Counted from the stretch's first letter, positions 42,420 to 56,922 are shown. The stretch: 64,000 bases of DNA from Octopus vulgaris (GCA_951406725.2 OX597821.1:74090001-74154000), one strand, 5' to 3'. Translations and numbers: made by a program. Notes: a model not told the origin generated them from the letters alone.

Positions 42420-42630
42420 ATACTTGTTTCAGTCTAATGACTATGACCATGCTGGGGCACCACCTGCAAAAATTTTTAGTCGAAGGAATCGACCTCAGTA
42501 ATTTTATTTTTAAAGCCTTGTGCTAATTGCATCAGTTTCTTTTCTGTAACCGCAAAGTTACGGAGACGTAAACACACCAACATAGGTCGTAAAGCAGTTG
42601 TGATAAGAGAAACACAAACAAACACACATA

Positions 42631-42675
<45 letters not shown>

Positions 42676-42830
42676 TATAGGATTCTTTCAGTTTCTATTT
42701 AACAAATCCATATACAAGGGTTTGATCGCCCCGAGACTATTGTAAAAGACACTTGTGCAAAATGCTATGCATTGGGACTGAACCCGGAGCCATGTAGATG
42801 AGGAGCAATTTTCTTGCCACACTGCCACTT
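42420..42830 (-). mobile_element. SINE family A, degenerate full-length copy
   Basis: Tail ccatgctggggcaccacc, body gtaaacacacca, internal (TA)n, head gggactgaacccgga. Confidence 0.75.
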
Positions 42831-43179
42831 CGGTGCCGGGGAGTTTGATCGCAAACAAAACTGAAGTTTTTCATTAAGCCAGTCGTTGCCATTTTCACAC
42901 TTTGTTTTATAACATTCAAGTTTTCTTATGAACCTGAAGCAATATATTAAATATTTTAATGTTATTTTTCCATATTCATTTATTTCAATTTTTATTATAA
43001 TTCATCTGTTTATCTTTCATATTTCATTATTTTATAAGTTTCGAGTTTTAAAAGCCATTAAAAAAACACAATGGGTAATTTCAACGTATATTCACGAAAA
43101 TGATGAGATTATGTGGACACACAGACATATAGATTGATAGATACATACATATATATAAATATACATATATTATATATAT

Positions 43180-43219
<40 letters not shown>

Positions 43220-43859
43220 GACATACATGGATACACATGTATATGTGTATGTATATATATGCAAACACACACGCACCCCCACACGCACCCCCACACATAC
43301 ATGTTGCGGTGTATAAACTATCGCGTAAATTACGCAAAATTAAAAAACAAACCACTTGTTTTAAATTTCTGAGCGAGATATATACTGTAACAGTACCGAA
43401 TCATAATGTTTTATATGCCAACAGAATGAGGCAGTCCTATTAAGGACGATATTACTGTTGACATACAAAACATTACTATTTGGCAACTGTTACAGTACAT
43501 CTCTCGCTCAGTGATTTAAAACAAATTGTTTTTCTCTATACGAGATCAGCAACTGTGTGTCGCTTAAAGAATATATAGTATTTGCAAGAAGAGAGAGCTT
43601 TCGTCATTAGCCTGTCGTTGTCTCACACTGAGGACGGGTAACCATTCTGAAACCAAGGTCTGTGAGTAACATGTAAGGCTAGAGATGGGAGCGATGACCT
43701 CCTTTGCAAACACTATATACGGACACAAACTGTGTGTCGATAGCCTGCTGGAAGACATTTTCTTGGGGCTAAAACAACAGTAACATCACCCTTTGTAGGA
43801 CTGCCACGTTCTGTTGGCATACAAACATTACGAAAATAACACTGACATCTCATTTTAAC

Positions 43860-44644
43860 AGATATATTTACCAAAATTACATACAAAAATATCTTGAAAT
43901 TCTAAAGAGTAAATTTATCCAATAAAATCACCATTGGATTCAACCATGGTCTCTAGATGACTTCGGAATTTTATGCAACTCTTCTTGTTTAAGTTGGTGA
44001 ATACTGCCGTATTCCTAGCTTTCAGTTCATCTTTAGTGTTACAAGGAGTTTTGTTGGTCCCTCGCTCAACTGCGCCCACACATTATAATGAAAGGGGATG
44101 CAGTCTGGAGAGTTAGGTGGCCAGATGTTAAGGGTGATGTGGTCACAGAAATTGTCTGACAGCCATGACTGGGTTCTCCTGCTTGTGTGACATGGTGTAG
44201 ACTCCTGTTGCCAGACAGAGGTTCTTACAGCAGCTATCCTCTTGAACTAGGGCAGCACTACCTCCTCTAGGCACTTGATGTAGGTCTCTGTGTTGAGTCT
44301 GAGGCCATGCGGGAAGATGAATGGAGGCGTAATCTCGCCATCACTAGTGATCGTTACAGACACCATGAAACTGACTGGACGTTTGATTTTTATCACTCTC
44401 GGTACATGTCCTCAGATCGCACTCTCCTCAGATTGACACCTAAACACTCTGAAATGTTCGCATTGGAGCTTCCGGCATGAATGCCAAGCAGTATAGTATT
44501 TTCGAAATTTCTGGCAGAGTGAATTGTGTCATGGTGGTGTTTTTCTCACAGACGCTGCCCAAATAAAAATAGTCGACAAAATAAAAAACAAACAATGTGC
44601 GAAACTAAAGATATCAAATGGCGACAATTCACCCATCGCACCCT

Positions 44645-44645
<1 letters not shown>
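43860..44645 (-). mobile_element. DD37D (maT-like) element, internally deleted
   Basis: Minus strand VWQQESTPCHTSRRTQSWLSDNFCDHITLNIWPPNSPDC; terminus gcaccctg followed by TA. Confidence 0.85.
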
Positions 44646-44688
<43 letters not shown>

Positions 44689-44699
44689 TATATTGTATA

Positions 44700-44737
<38 letters not shown>

Positions 44738-45022
44738 ATATGTATGTAATATGTATATATATACATATATATATGTAATATGTATATGTATACATATATA
44801 CATAAATATGCATATGTATGTATAATATATATATATATATATACATACACTCACACACACATTTACGCGAGTGCAGTATACTCTTACACATACGTACGTG
44901 CTTTGACGCGCACACATATACACTTACTCGCAAAGAAATACACTTACGCATATATACATACTGTATGGTTTAACGAGAAACCGCAGTACATCAACAACTG
45001 CCACCACCATCACCACCACGCT

Positions 45023-45066
<44 letters not shown>

Positions 45067-45499
45067 GTGAATACATACAAATAATTTTCTTATTTGTATT
45101 ACCACGCTCTTACTGTCAACGTCATTCAAAACTAACAGATTTCAACCAATTTACTTCCTCCCAAAATACGAAGAAACCGAGAAGAATTTCAATCGGAATC
45201 TGAAGAGTGTTGTTTTTTCTTCTTCATTTTTTTTATGCAGGACAATGGTGTGGGAGTAAAAGAAACTGGTTGAAGCTGGGAGCGCCTACGTACAGCGATG
45301 GTGAAGAAAAACAGAACAACTTTTTTTCGATATGTGTTACAAGTACATACATGCATGCATACATATAAAACACACACACACATATTTATCTGCAAATGCC
45401 TGGAGAGAGGGAATTAAGGTAGAATAAAATGTGACCTTTACAGAGTGGTGGAGAATGTTGTTGTTTTGTTCTTATTTCCTTTCGAAAAGTAGAAAATTT

Positions 45500-46800
45500 G
45501 TTTCGAGAGCTGTTCATTGGCTTCTAGGAATATTGCTGTAGTGCAACCATTGGAAACCAACCAGAAACCATGGAAGCTGCACCAAGTTCTACATCCGGAA
45601 GTTAGTGAATGATATTGAAACTTCCGAGGAATTTATTTCCTGACACAGTTTACAAAGAATTGTTTGTGACCGCTGGATCGAATAAATAAGTGGCAAAATC
45701 ATTCGTATACACTTCTCTCTAACCCGTCTAAAATAGAAGCACACACAAACAGTTGTTGCCTCGATGCACTAAGCCAAAACCAAATATACTTTAGTTACTG
45801 ATGGAATGTCTTTAACCATGGACTTTGTAGTCAGGGATTCTTGATCAGGAATTGAGTTTAATACAGAAGAATCACTGGAAAAATATGTCAGATAGGTTAT
45901 CTGCCAATCAATTATTCTTGAATATTTGTTTCTAAATAAACATTTTGTGTTAAAGTATTCATAAATAAACTCAGAGAGAACTCCTTGCCTTAATTTTCAA
46001 CAGAAAACCAGTGACTGAGTGGCTGCTGAGTCTTCCGAGCACGCATCAGACTGATTAACCACAGCCAAGCTCATTGGACCCTGCCATTTTTCCCATGTGA
46101 TATCCTTGATCATCGTCGACGGGTTTATTTCAGACATCCTTTTGTTAGGAACCGCAAGGAATCACTACGTTAAGCAGGCGACGGATGAATCCTTTCTAGG
46201 TTGAAGGTTAGATTATTGTAAGATGGAAAATAGAGTGGAATGATTTTGTAAAGTATCTTTGAGACGATGCGAGAAAGGGCAACACTCTGTCACTTCATAA
46301 TTCAATGTCGTTCTAGTGAAAAAGAGAACCAAACCTCAAAAAAATCACACCATCCAGCCTTATGAGTTTGGCTAAATAAATTGGATTAAAATCGGAAAAT
46401 AACAAAATCAAAATTGTGTGACAAGGTGATAGTAGCAACCTTTCAGTTGGAATTCTCAATTAAATCATAAATGAAAGAAACGAACGAGTGAAGCCAAAAA
46501 GGAAATACACAAGAGATTCTGTGGATCCAGACGCACAGAAGCTTGGCAAAACAGGGAATAGACACGTCTGTTTGATTCCAACACATACCTGTAAGAGCAG
46601 GGCTTATCTGGGGCTTGAAAACGAAAATATTAACGAGAAACTAGCAACAATATAACGAGACTTAACTATATCGAGCATTATATGTTAAATAAGAGAATAA
46701 GAATGGATTGTGGGTGTCATGTCCACCTCAAAAGTATGGTCAGAAAAACATGGCGGCAAAACTGGAAAAAGAACTCAGAAATAGGGGCACCGTATGCAAA
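45500..46800 (+). pseudogene. Ancient, heavily decayed LINE reverse transcriptase region
   Basis: VISLIIVDGFISDIL at 46097 (cf. GISLLS..GK.F..IL) and DARKGNTLS..FNVVL at 46266 (cf. GVRQG..LSP.LFNIVL) in the expected order; boundaries approximate. Confidence 0.45.
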
Positions 46801-47376
46801 TGTATCATCTAAAGTGGTAAGAATGTAATTTTAAAAAAAGATAGTTTGTGTAGAATATACTATTTCGGACATACATAAATATTACTGCTACATGTATTAA
46901 TAGCCTAAAATTAAATTGATTAGCATTTCTACATTTACATATATCAGTGTATGTATGTGAGCTTAAGTGTAAACAGACGCCAGTGTGGTCATGTGCGCGC
47001 GCTTTTGTGTATGTTTATCGTTAGTACGTATATATGTTATGCACATACATGCATGTATATGTATATATATATAAATATATATATATATATAATATATGCA
47101 TATATATATGCACAATTACGCATGAATGTGTATATATGTTTATTGAGTTTATGTAAGCATAAACTACATGCCACATGAATTTATATGACACTCACATTAC
47201 TGTAGAAAAAACGTGTATAAATGTGTGTATATATATATATATATATTATGTATGCGTTCGCGTGTGTGTATGTGTAATATATATCTATATAAATACATAT
47301 ATATACAAATTTTTGTATACATATATATATATATATTTATATATATATATACATATATAGGCATTTACATATAGGC

Positions 47377-47448
<72 letters not shown>

Positions 47449-47907
47449 GTGTGTGTATCATATATGTATCCTTATATATGTAAATATGCATGTAGCATAT
47501 CATACGTGTATATGTATAAATGCACATATATGATATGTGTGATGTATGTATGTGTGTGTACATAGATACATGCATACAAATATAGATATACATACGCACA
47601 CAGACGTGTACGCATAGATACGTAAATATCTGCATATATACATATTAATTAACGTTACATATTAATGAATAACAAAGAAATACAATCAATTTAATTTTTT
47701 TTTAATCTGAGTGTTTCTATTGTTTCTTTCTTTGTTAAATTTCTTAATTCAAATCAAAATTTCTAAACAAATATATTTTGGTTCGAAGCCGAATTCCTAA
47801 TGACACACGTCAATCTTTGAGTTCTATAACCAGAATCTTATCACAGTGCCAACCAACTATCACCGAATCACGGGAACCTGACAAACATCGCCGGTTTTCC
47901 CTGGGTA

Positions 47908-47946
<39 letters not shown>

Positions 47947-48143
47947 ATTATCATTATCATTGTTGTTGTTGTTGTTGTTATTATTATCGTTCTTATTTTA
48001 GTTGTTGTTGTTGTTGTTGCTGCTGCTATTGTTGTTGTGTAGAGAACAGGTTCTCTTTCAGATAAGTATCATCTGGAAATTTTACTTCTTGCTGACGTCG
48101 ATTTTCGTCTGTCCTGTATAATAGGAGAGCAATTATGATTAAA

Positions 48144-48190
<47 letters not shown>

Positions 48191-48287
48191 AATCATCATC
48201 ATCATCATCATCATCGTCGTCGTCGTCATCTTCATCATCATCATTATCATCTTCATCACCATCATCATCGTTATCATGATTAAGGCT

Positions 48288-48450
48288 GCAAGTTAGCAGA
48301 ATCTTTAGCGGCATTCGATCGTCTTTACGTTCTGAGTTCAAATCCCGCCGTGGTCGACTATGACTTTTATCCTCTCAGGGTCGATAAAATAAATACTAAT
48401 TGATAACTGGGTTTGATGCAATCGTGAGACATCCCCCACTAAAATTGGTA
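48288..48450 (+). mobile_element. SINE family B, degenerate copy
   Basis: ttctgagttcaaatcccgccgtggtcgac...ggggtcgataaaataa-like block. Confidence 0.7.
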
Positions 48451-48474
48451 GTATTATTATTATTGTTATTGTTA

Positions 48475-48536
<62 letters not shown>

Positions 48537-48622
48537 ACTATTATTATTATTAATACTATTATTATTATTAATACTATTATTATTATTATTAATACTATTA
48601 TTATTATTATTATTATTAATAC

Positions 48623-48665
<43 letters not shown>

Positions 48666-48669
48666 ACTA

Positions 48670-48700
<31 letters not shown>

Positions 48701-49734
48701 TACTATTATCATCATCATCATCATCCTCATCGTACATATCTTATTCTCATCACCAACACTTTCGGCAGCAGCGTTTAGATCACCGTGATCATCATCATGA
48801 GTGTATTCCTTAAAACGTATCAGTGAGAAGAACAATCGCAATCACACAAACAAAGAACTGCAGAAATGATTTCTCTCTAGAAATAAAACAACAAAATCCA
48901 TCCGCCTCCACAATAGCTCTAACCATAAGAATTATTACGACTACTACTTCTCCAGATATTTGAACAAGAAATACCACTTAACAATAGGAATAGCAGCAAA
49001 AATGATATCAATAATTAAATGAATAGAAATTCGTAAAACCGAAAACATTTGTAAAGAAAGAAAAAATCCTCAAATACAAAACAAGAGAAGCGAAAGCATA
49101 CGCCATTAACTGCTTTATATAAAATTCCTTATTTAAAGTTAAAATAAAGCGAGCCTCCAGCTTTCCTTCAAATTAAAAAGATGCCGTATAGATATGGCGT
49201 TGATTGGAGATAAACCTTTGATAATCACTTTAATTCTTCCAACTTCCAAGCTGTTTTCAAATATATTTAAATATTGACAGAAAGTATAACTGGAAAATAT
49301 ATGCAAGCTTCTCAAGGCGGGACTATTTGAGTCGTGCCTGTCAATTGCGATAAACGCCATTACACTTCATACAAGCCGCTTGCCAACTTTGCTGGGTTTT
49401 TTTCTCTCTTTCAATTGTTTTTGTTCCCTGACCAATGTGCTTTGACGTGTTTTTAAAATGAATTAATTTAAATGTTTTGCTTTATTTAATTGTTTTCTTT
49501 ATTCAATAATGAATGACAATTGCTTTTATTTGCTTGTGTCTTCACTCTTTCATGTGTGCGCGCGTGTGTGAATGTGTGTTACATTGTATGAACACATACG
49601 TACATATATCTACTAGCAAGCGTGTGTGACTGTGTATCTATGCATGTTTGTATGTAATTATGTATGTATGTATTTGTATACATGCACATACATACACGTA
49701 TATATATATATACACACACATATATATATACATT

Positions 49735-49786
<52 letters not shown>

Positions 49787-49845
49787 TATACATAGTCATA
49801 TAAACATATATATATACATATTTATACACACACACCTATATATAT

Positions 49846-49926
<81 letters not shown>

Positions 49927-51687
49927 AACGTATATATATATATATATATACATATATGTACTTACATGTGTATGCGCGCATCTAAATACACGTATATGTG
50001 AATTTTCTCTTTTCTCCCCCCACCTCTCTCTATCTTTCTGTTTGTATGTGTGAGTGTGTGTGTGTGTGTTTGCTGCAAATTCTTATATCTGCGATGATAA
50101 CCATTCTGCTTCGGCTAACGTTAGAAAAATATTTTTGTCAGTTGCATCCCTCTGATAACCCCTCCCCCCCATCTCAAGAATTATTCTGATAGCGAATGCA
50201 ATGCCAACGTTAGATACATAACAAAAATTCTTCTTTCTCCAAGACTCGTTGAATGCGTTGGAAACATAGCGACAAATTCTCCCTTCCCCATCTCTGCCGC
50301 ACGCACACAGAAGCACATATACACGCGCACACAGAAACACGCGCACACATTCACATTTGTGGAAAGGAGGGCGTCCTTATCATAACACTGCGAGGCCCCA
50401 TCGGCCGATTACATAAATAACATTATGTACCACCAATTTCCCCATGAATATGTACAAACTTTTTAACAAGTGGCACCTAAATTTTTAATCAATACCAAAA
50501 AGAGCGCACAAATAAATGCTACTGCTGTTGATGATGATGATGATGATGATGACGATGATGATGATGATGATGAAAATAAAATCAGAAAAACTCGATTCTT
50601 TTCTGTACAACTTGTGAATTGCTCTCGCCATGCATATTCATATACGATATCTCTAAAAGAAACCTGTTTATGCCTTGGACTGCGAGATATCTCTGTTTAC
50701 AAAACGGTGAACTCTTGCTATGTTTTCCATCTTGTACTTTGTCAATAATAAAACTATATTTTTGTTGGCGTTGTCGTCATTGTTATTGTTGTAAATGTTG
50801 TTGTTGTTGTTGTTGTTGTTATAGAAGTGAAGAAAAAAAATAAATATATGAATAAAGAAATGTATCAGAAAAAAAAAACAAAAAACAAAAAAACAGAACG
50901 AATTAGACAAAAGAGATTTCGGAGAAGACATAGAAACAAATAGTATTTTTACTTTGAAGAATTCCTCATTTCTACTTGATTGGGTTTAGGTTACATTCTG
51001 TCTTGTTAGATTATTTTCCGTCGGAGTCTGGAGAAAGAGAGATAGAGAGATAGTTAGATAGATAGAGAGACAAAGAGCGAGAGAGAGAAAGAGAGAAAAG
51101 AAGGTTTGTGTTGTGCAGATATTGTTTTCTTTCTGGTTGATAAATTACATTGAGAAATGACGACCATATGTTTCAAGTTTGGTAAGGAGAAAAGAAGGCG
51201 GTAGAGGGGGAGGAACTGGACTGGATTGCTAGAATGCAGGGTGGAGATAGCATAGGGGACTGGTTGAAATGGGAGCCGTTTGCGAAGGGAAAGAAAGAAA
51301 AGGGTGTTGCAAAAGAAAAGGGAGGGAAATTTTGTCTTGACAGTTATGAATAGGAAATAGGAACAGACATCCGTAGTGATAATTGTAGCAATATTAATAA
51401 TATTTCTATAACTGTTGGGCGGTGGAATGGTCGACGGCGATTCGCTTATCCCTTGGTCTACGTTATGAGTTCAAAACATCCGAAATCTGGCTTTATCGTA
51501 CCATTTTCCAGGGATGATAAAATCAGTCCGAATCATGCACCTCGATTCCATGTATTCGTTTATATTACTCCACCTACCCCGAAAATATGTGGTCAGCATC
51601 TTCATCATGTGTAGGTATGGCAGTATAGTAGCGCAGCAAACATTAGATTTCTGGGTTCAAATTCTACCGAATTCGGACCTTCTACTT

Positions 51688-51738
<51 letters not shown>

Positions 51739-51770
51739 CTTATCTATATATACTTATCTATATTTATATA

Positions 51771-51838
<68 letters not shown>

Positions 51839-51869
51839 CATATATAAATATGTAAATTTATACATATAT

Positions 51870-52280
51870 ACAGGAGTGGCTGTGTGGTAAGTAGCTTGCT
51901 AACCAACCACATGGTTCCGGGTTCAGTCCCACTGCGTGGCATCTTGGGCAAGTGTTTTCTGCTATAGCCCCGGGCCGACCAATGCCTTGTGAGTGGATTT
52001 GGTAAACGGAAACTGAAAGAAGCCTGTCGTATATATATATATATGTATGTTTGTGTATGTGTTTGTGTGTCTGTGTTTGTCTCACTAGCATTGCTTGACA
52101 ACCGGTGCTGGTGTGTTTACGTCCCCTTCACTTAGCGGTTCGGCAAAAGAGACCGATAGAATAAGTACTGGGTTTACAAAGAATAAGTCCCGGGGTCTAT
52201 TTGCTCGACTAAAGGTGGTGCTCCAGCATGGCCGCAGTCAAATGCCTGAAACAAGTAAAAGAGTAAAAAGAGAGTAAAGA
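51870..52280 (+). mobile_element. SINE family A, best-preserved full-length copy
   Basis: A box gtggctgtgtggtaag, B box gggttcagtccc, body tcttgggcaagtgtttt, internal (TA)/(TG) tract, LINE-like tail ggtggtgctccagcatggccgcagtcaaatg, (aagtaaaaga)-type end. Confidence 0.9.
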
Positions 52281-52452
52281 GTATATATATATATATAGAG
52301 AGAGAGATAGATAGATAGATAGATAGATATATATATGCATGTATGTGAAAATCTTTGGCCGGACTCAAGGGTCATACAAGGGCCACACATTGCATCGTCA
52401 ATTATTGATTTCAATGATTCTTTCTAGCAATGGCTTTGCTCGTATACGAGAA

Positions 52453-52536
<84 letters not shown>

Positions 52537-52652
52537 GTCTGTCTGTCTGTTTGTCTGTTTCTCTATCTTGGCCCTCTATATATATATTATGTATGCAAAC
52601 ACGTCCATAGTCATACATGTATACATATGTAGACATGCATATATATAAGTGA

Positions 52653-52708
<56 letters not shown>

Positions 52709-53035
52709 GGTTAGGCAGCTTTTTAATCACTCCAAATGATTCAATCCATACAGATCCTCGTATATACAAGATTTAAAGTTAAGTTTAAATTAAACTATTC
52801 CACGATTTACCTGTATAAGAAGATCTGTATCTCCTCGGGCGATACTCAGTTGTTGTCTCCGTAAGTAAATCTAGATTTCCATGCTACACCATCCATGGGT
52901 TCTTTGAAACTAACAAAAGTAGTAGTGGTAGCATACCATAAGAATATTACCGGCTATTTGGGAATTCTAAGGGTGAACGAGCACTATTTGTGCTCTTACA
53001 CGTTCTTAACAGAACACACTTCAACTGACTATATT

Positions 53036-53126
<91 letters not shown>

Positions 53127-53202
53127 CTATATATATGTGTGTGTGTGTATGTATATATGTATTTGAAGTGTATATATATTCATACATATATATATATTTG
53201 AA

Positions 53203-53265
<63 letters not shown>

Positions 53266-53275
53266 GAGAGAAAGC

Positions 53276-53349
<74 letters not shown>

Positions 53350-53355
<6 letters not shown>

Positions 53356-53508
53356 GGCTATTAGAATTTTGGATAATCCTTTACTATCGCTTTCGTTCGT
53401 TTACGAACTGAAGACAAAGACCAAAATCAAATTGATTTTGTCCTGACGACTTCGTAAAGGAAAGAAATCGCTAATAAAGGATTATCCAAAATTCTGACTG
53501 CCTCCTTT
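53350..53508. mobile_element. Fold-back MITE-like element
   Basis: aaaggaggctattagaattttggataatccttta / taaaggattatccaaaattctgactgcctccttt; inner ttacgaa/ttcgtaa and caaaatcaa/ttgattttg; a lone related terminus at about 16434-16466. Confidence 0.8.
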
Positions 53509-53656
53509 TTCTCAGTAAACAATATCTGCACACCACTTCATACACTCTATGTATGCATACATACGTGCTTATATACACACATCCGTGTATATATATATCT
53601 ATGTATGTATGTATGTATGTATGTATGTATGTATGTATGTATGTATACATACATGT

Positions 53657-54160
53657 CAGGTCACTTTCGAGTGCTACTGGTAACATGTAACCCAGTGCAA
53701 CCTGTTGCATGGTCGGGTCGTCGGCGACTAAACTGTCAACCCCACCAAGCTTGCTTGGTGAGGAGGGTGCTTATCTTACACCCTGCGGGATGGAAAAACA
53801 AAACTCGTCAAAGGGCGGAGGAACTCTTGAGAGTCAACGGCCATCCAATAAATGTCTTAAGGCTGTATCATAAGGCGTGGGGACATAGAAATAGTCGGAC
53901 TGAATACCCGATCGCGCGGTTAAACCATTGGGAGTGAAGGACTCCTAACCTTTGTTAGGGCATCCTTCTAGGAGAAGGTAACTCAGGAACTGGGATAACT
54001 CCGACATAAAACCTGCGGCTCAGTGGTTACCGATGATGTTGACTTGTTCTTCTTTTCGGATTATGACTGCTGTTGCTTAGTGAGTGGGATTGTGACTCAG
54101 TGCACAGCCTTTCCTCACTTTAAAAAAATCTTCTTGCACAGGCGTTGCACGATAACAACA
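53657..54160 (+). mobile_element. ORF-less RTE-type 5' UTR element
   Basis: GC-richer block with tagggcatccttctaggagaaggtaactc (53956-53984), resembling an RTE-clade 5' UTR motif; ends ...gataacaaca. Confidence 0.55.
53659..53735 (+). ncRNA. Candidate HDV-like self-cleaving ribozyme
   Basis: P1 ggtcac/atggtc, P2 cagt/actg, P3 gca/tgc, L3 acctgt with CC pairing GG (P1.1), P4 tcg-tcgg-cga, J4/2 C-U-A-A. Confidence 0.5.
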
Positions 54161-54233
54161 TTGATTAAGCTTCGTGCAATAGCCATACTCGGTAACGAGG
54201 GGGAAGCCACCATGCATATATATACATATTCAT

Positions 54234-54268
<35 letters not shown>

Positions 54269-54288
54269 CAGAGACCGGCAAAGAATGA

Positions 54289-54600
54289 AAAGATGTATAA
54301 ACATTTTAAAAAGAACGTAGAAATATTTCAACTGAGCGTATGCAGACACCGCGATCTTAATACAAGTTACCTTTAACTTCCACAATTACAAGAGGCACTC
54401 AAAGTGGTGGCCATTTACTTCCTTACACTTAATACTATATCAAACCGCTATTTGGACAACGTTGGCAAAATTGTCCAGAGATTGTTGCACATAGCGTTTC
54501 TTCTGGAAGGGCCGTCAACGTAACCAGTTTTCTGCAATATATGACAAACTTTAGTGTGCCCCAAAAGTAATCATATGTATACAGTGCAGCAGAGTTTTCA
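54289..54600 (-). mobile_element. Tc1/mariner (rosa-like) C-terminal fragment
   Basis: Minus strand DYFWGTLKFVIY and terminal EVNGHHFECLL; terminus ta|cagagaccggc. Confidence 0.65.
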
Positions 54601-55953
54601 GTCCGTCCTTTTAATTTCATGTCAGCTCTTAATTTTAGTTCAAAAGACTTTTCATCAGTTCTCCTTTTCTCACACTTCCTTCCATATGTATCGCACATGG
54701 GTTTCATCTACATGTATTTTCATGTATATTTATATATATATTTATATCTTATAAATATTAAAAAAAATATCCATATGTGTCGATATGTATTAATATATGT
54801 ATGCGCATTTTAAGTCGAATTTATAACTGTAGGAGTATGATTGCCTAATTTGAGTTTATATCTCAATTCTTATCTTTTGTCTCGGGTTCGACCCAAGCAC
54901 TTCTATATCTTTCGAATTCTATATTTTTCGGAAGAAGGTACAACAATATTATATATATATAAATATGAGTATGTATATATGTATATGTATATGTATATAC
55001 ACACACACATATATATATATATTTATATATATATATATACACACACACATACATGCATATATGTATATGTATATATGGAGAGAGAGAGAGAGAGAGTGAG
55101 TGAGAGAGCTAGAGAAAGTGAGATATAGATGCCATATTTTTGTCATTTTTATAATTATTTTCCATTATCGTTCGGATGTTGCTTTATTTCTGAAAGATGT
55201 CCTTCGCATTCCAACTTCTCTCAGAAGAAATTCTATCAATTTACAGCGCATCTCCTTTCACTTCATCCATACTTACTTCTGTAAGCATCTGTACATTCCA
55301 AAATATTCAAAGAATGAGAAGTGTGGGCGAAAGTTCTTTGTAATCTTCATTTTTATATTTCTTTCTAGCTTTTTCACAAATGCACAAAATATCCAGCTGA
55401 CCGCACATAAGATTTAATTTTATAAAAGCACAATGATTATAACGAGAATGGGAATTTAACATGCAGTGAAAATATACCTTAACTAACATGAAAGAAAAGA
55501 AAGCAAAAAAAGTTAGATAATGAAATAAAAAAGCACAAAGAATCGTAACAAAAGGAAGACACAAGAAAACTATTTGAAGACATTTATTTTGTTTTATTTT
55601 ATATTTGTTTGAAATAGCTGCCGATTAGTAAAGTAGAACAAATGGAGTCTGTGTATTAGAGGTGTTTGGCGGAAAAAGTGAGAGGTTGTGAAACTGGATT
55701 AGAATGAAACGCATTAGGTGAAAGTGGTTTTGTAAAATAAACAAATAAAAAATTCAATAAATAAATATATAAAATTGTCGGCCTTTAGCACAATGGAAAG
55801 AGAAAATTCCCAGTTGGTATTGTTCTCAAAGCCATCTGTCTTTTAAAAAGAAAATTGCTCAGAAAAGAAAAGAAGAAAAAGTATAGACAGAATAAGAAGA
55901 AAGAGTATTCTTTATTGAGCAACAGTTTATTATTATTATTATTATTATTATTA

Positions 55954-56064
<111 letters not shown>

Positions 56065-56542
56065 TCCATCATCAGTGGGAAAAGAAAAACGAAGGCGACG
56101 GTGGGGAAGAGAGAGAGGACAGAGTCGATTATTTCTTTGACTTGGCCGGAAGTCACATTCTACAAAAAGCCACGAACAAACTCAATAGAGGGGTTTTTTC
56201 AGTCTTTTATTAAATATATAGAAAAAAATAAAACAAAACAATAACGAATTCACAATAAATAAGCATACACCCACTCACTTACACACACTCGTGCATACAC
56301 ATACATACATATATACATACATACATATATACATACATACATACATACATATATACATACATACATACATACATACATATGTACATACATACATATATAT
56401 ATGTGTGTGTGTGTGTGTGTACGTGTGTGTACGAAAAAGTCGTTTGGTTACCAAGGATAGTGAAAGTGACAGGTAAAGGAAAGTAATACAGGTGAGAGTG
56501 AGTGTGTGAATGAGAGAAATGTGGAGGCATACAGATAAACAA

Positions 56543-56581
<39 letters not shown>

Positions 56582-56883
56582 AAGAGAGAGAGCGAAAGAG
56601 AGAGAGAGAAAGAGAGAGAGAGAAAGGTTTGAAGCCAGACTAGTACAGGTATTAGGTGAGAATTTTATCGGCCAGATTTGACCTGTAACGAACGGACAGC
56701 TCGTTATGTGACTGAGACAAACTCCGAAATTAGGCATTACACACACGGCCTATTTCTTGTTTTTTCTTGTCTTTGTTTTCTTTTTCTTACGTTTCCTCTC
56801 TTCTTCATTCCTGAGGGAATATTATTCTTATCACAAAACACAAAATGCTGTTCTTTTCACTTTTATTGTATTTTGCCTTCTAT

Positions 56884-56922
<39 letters not shown>

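Noticed and set aside
43300-43860. Possible mariner N-terminal remnant (LLTDLGFRMV)
   Set aside because: Too decayed to support with TIRs or catalytic motifs.
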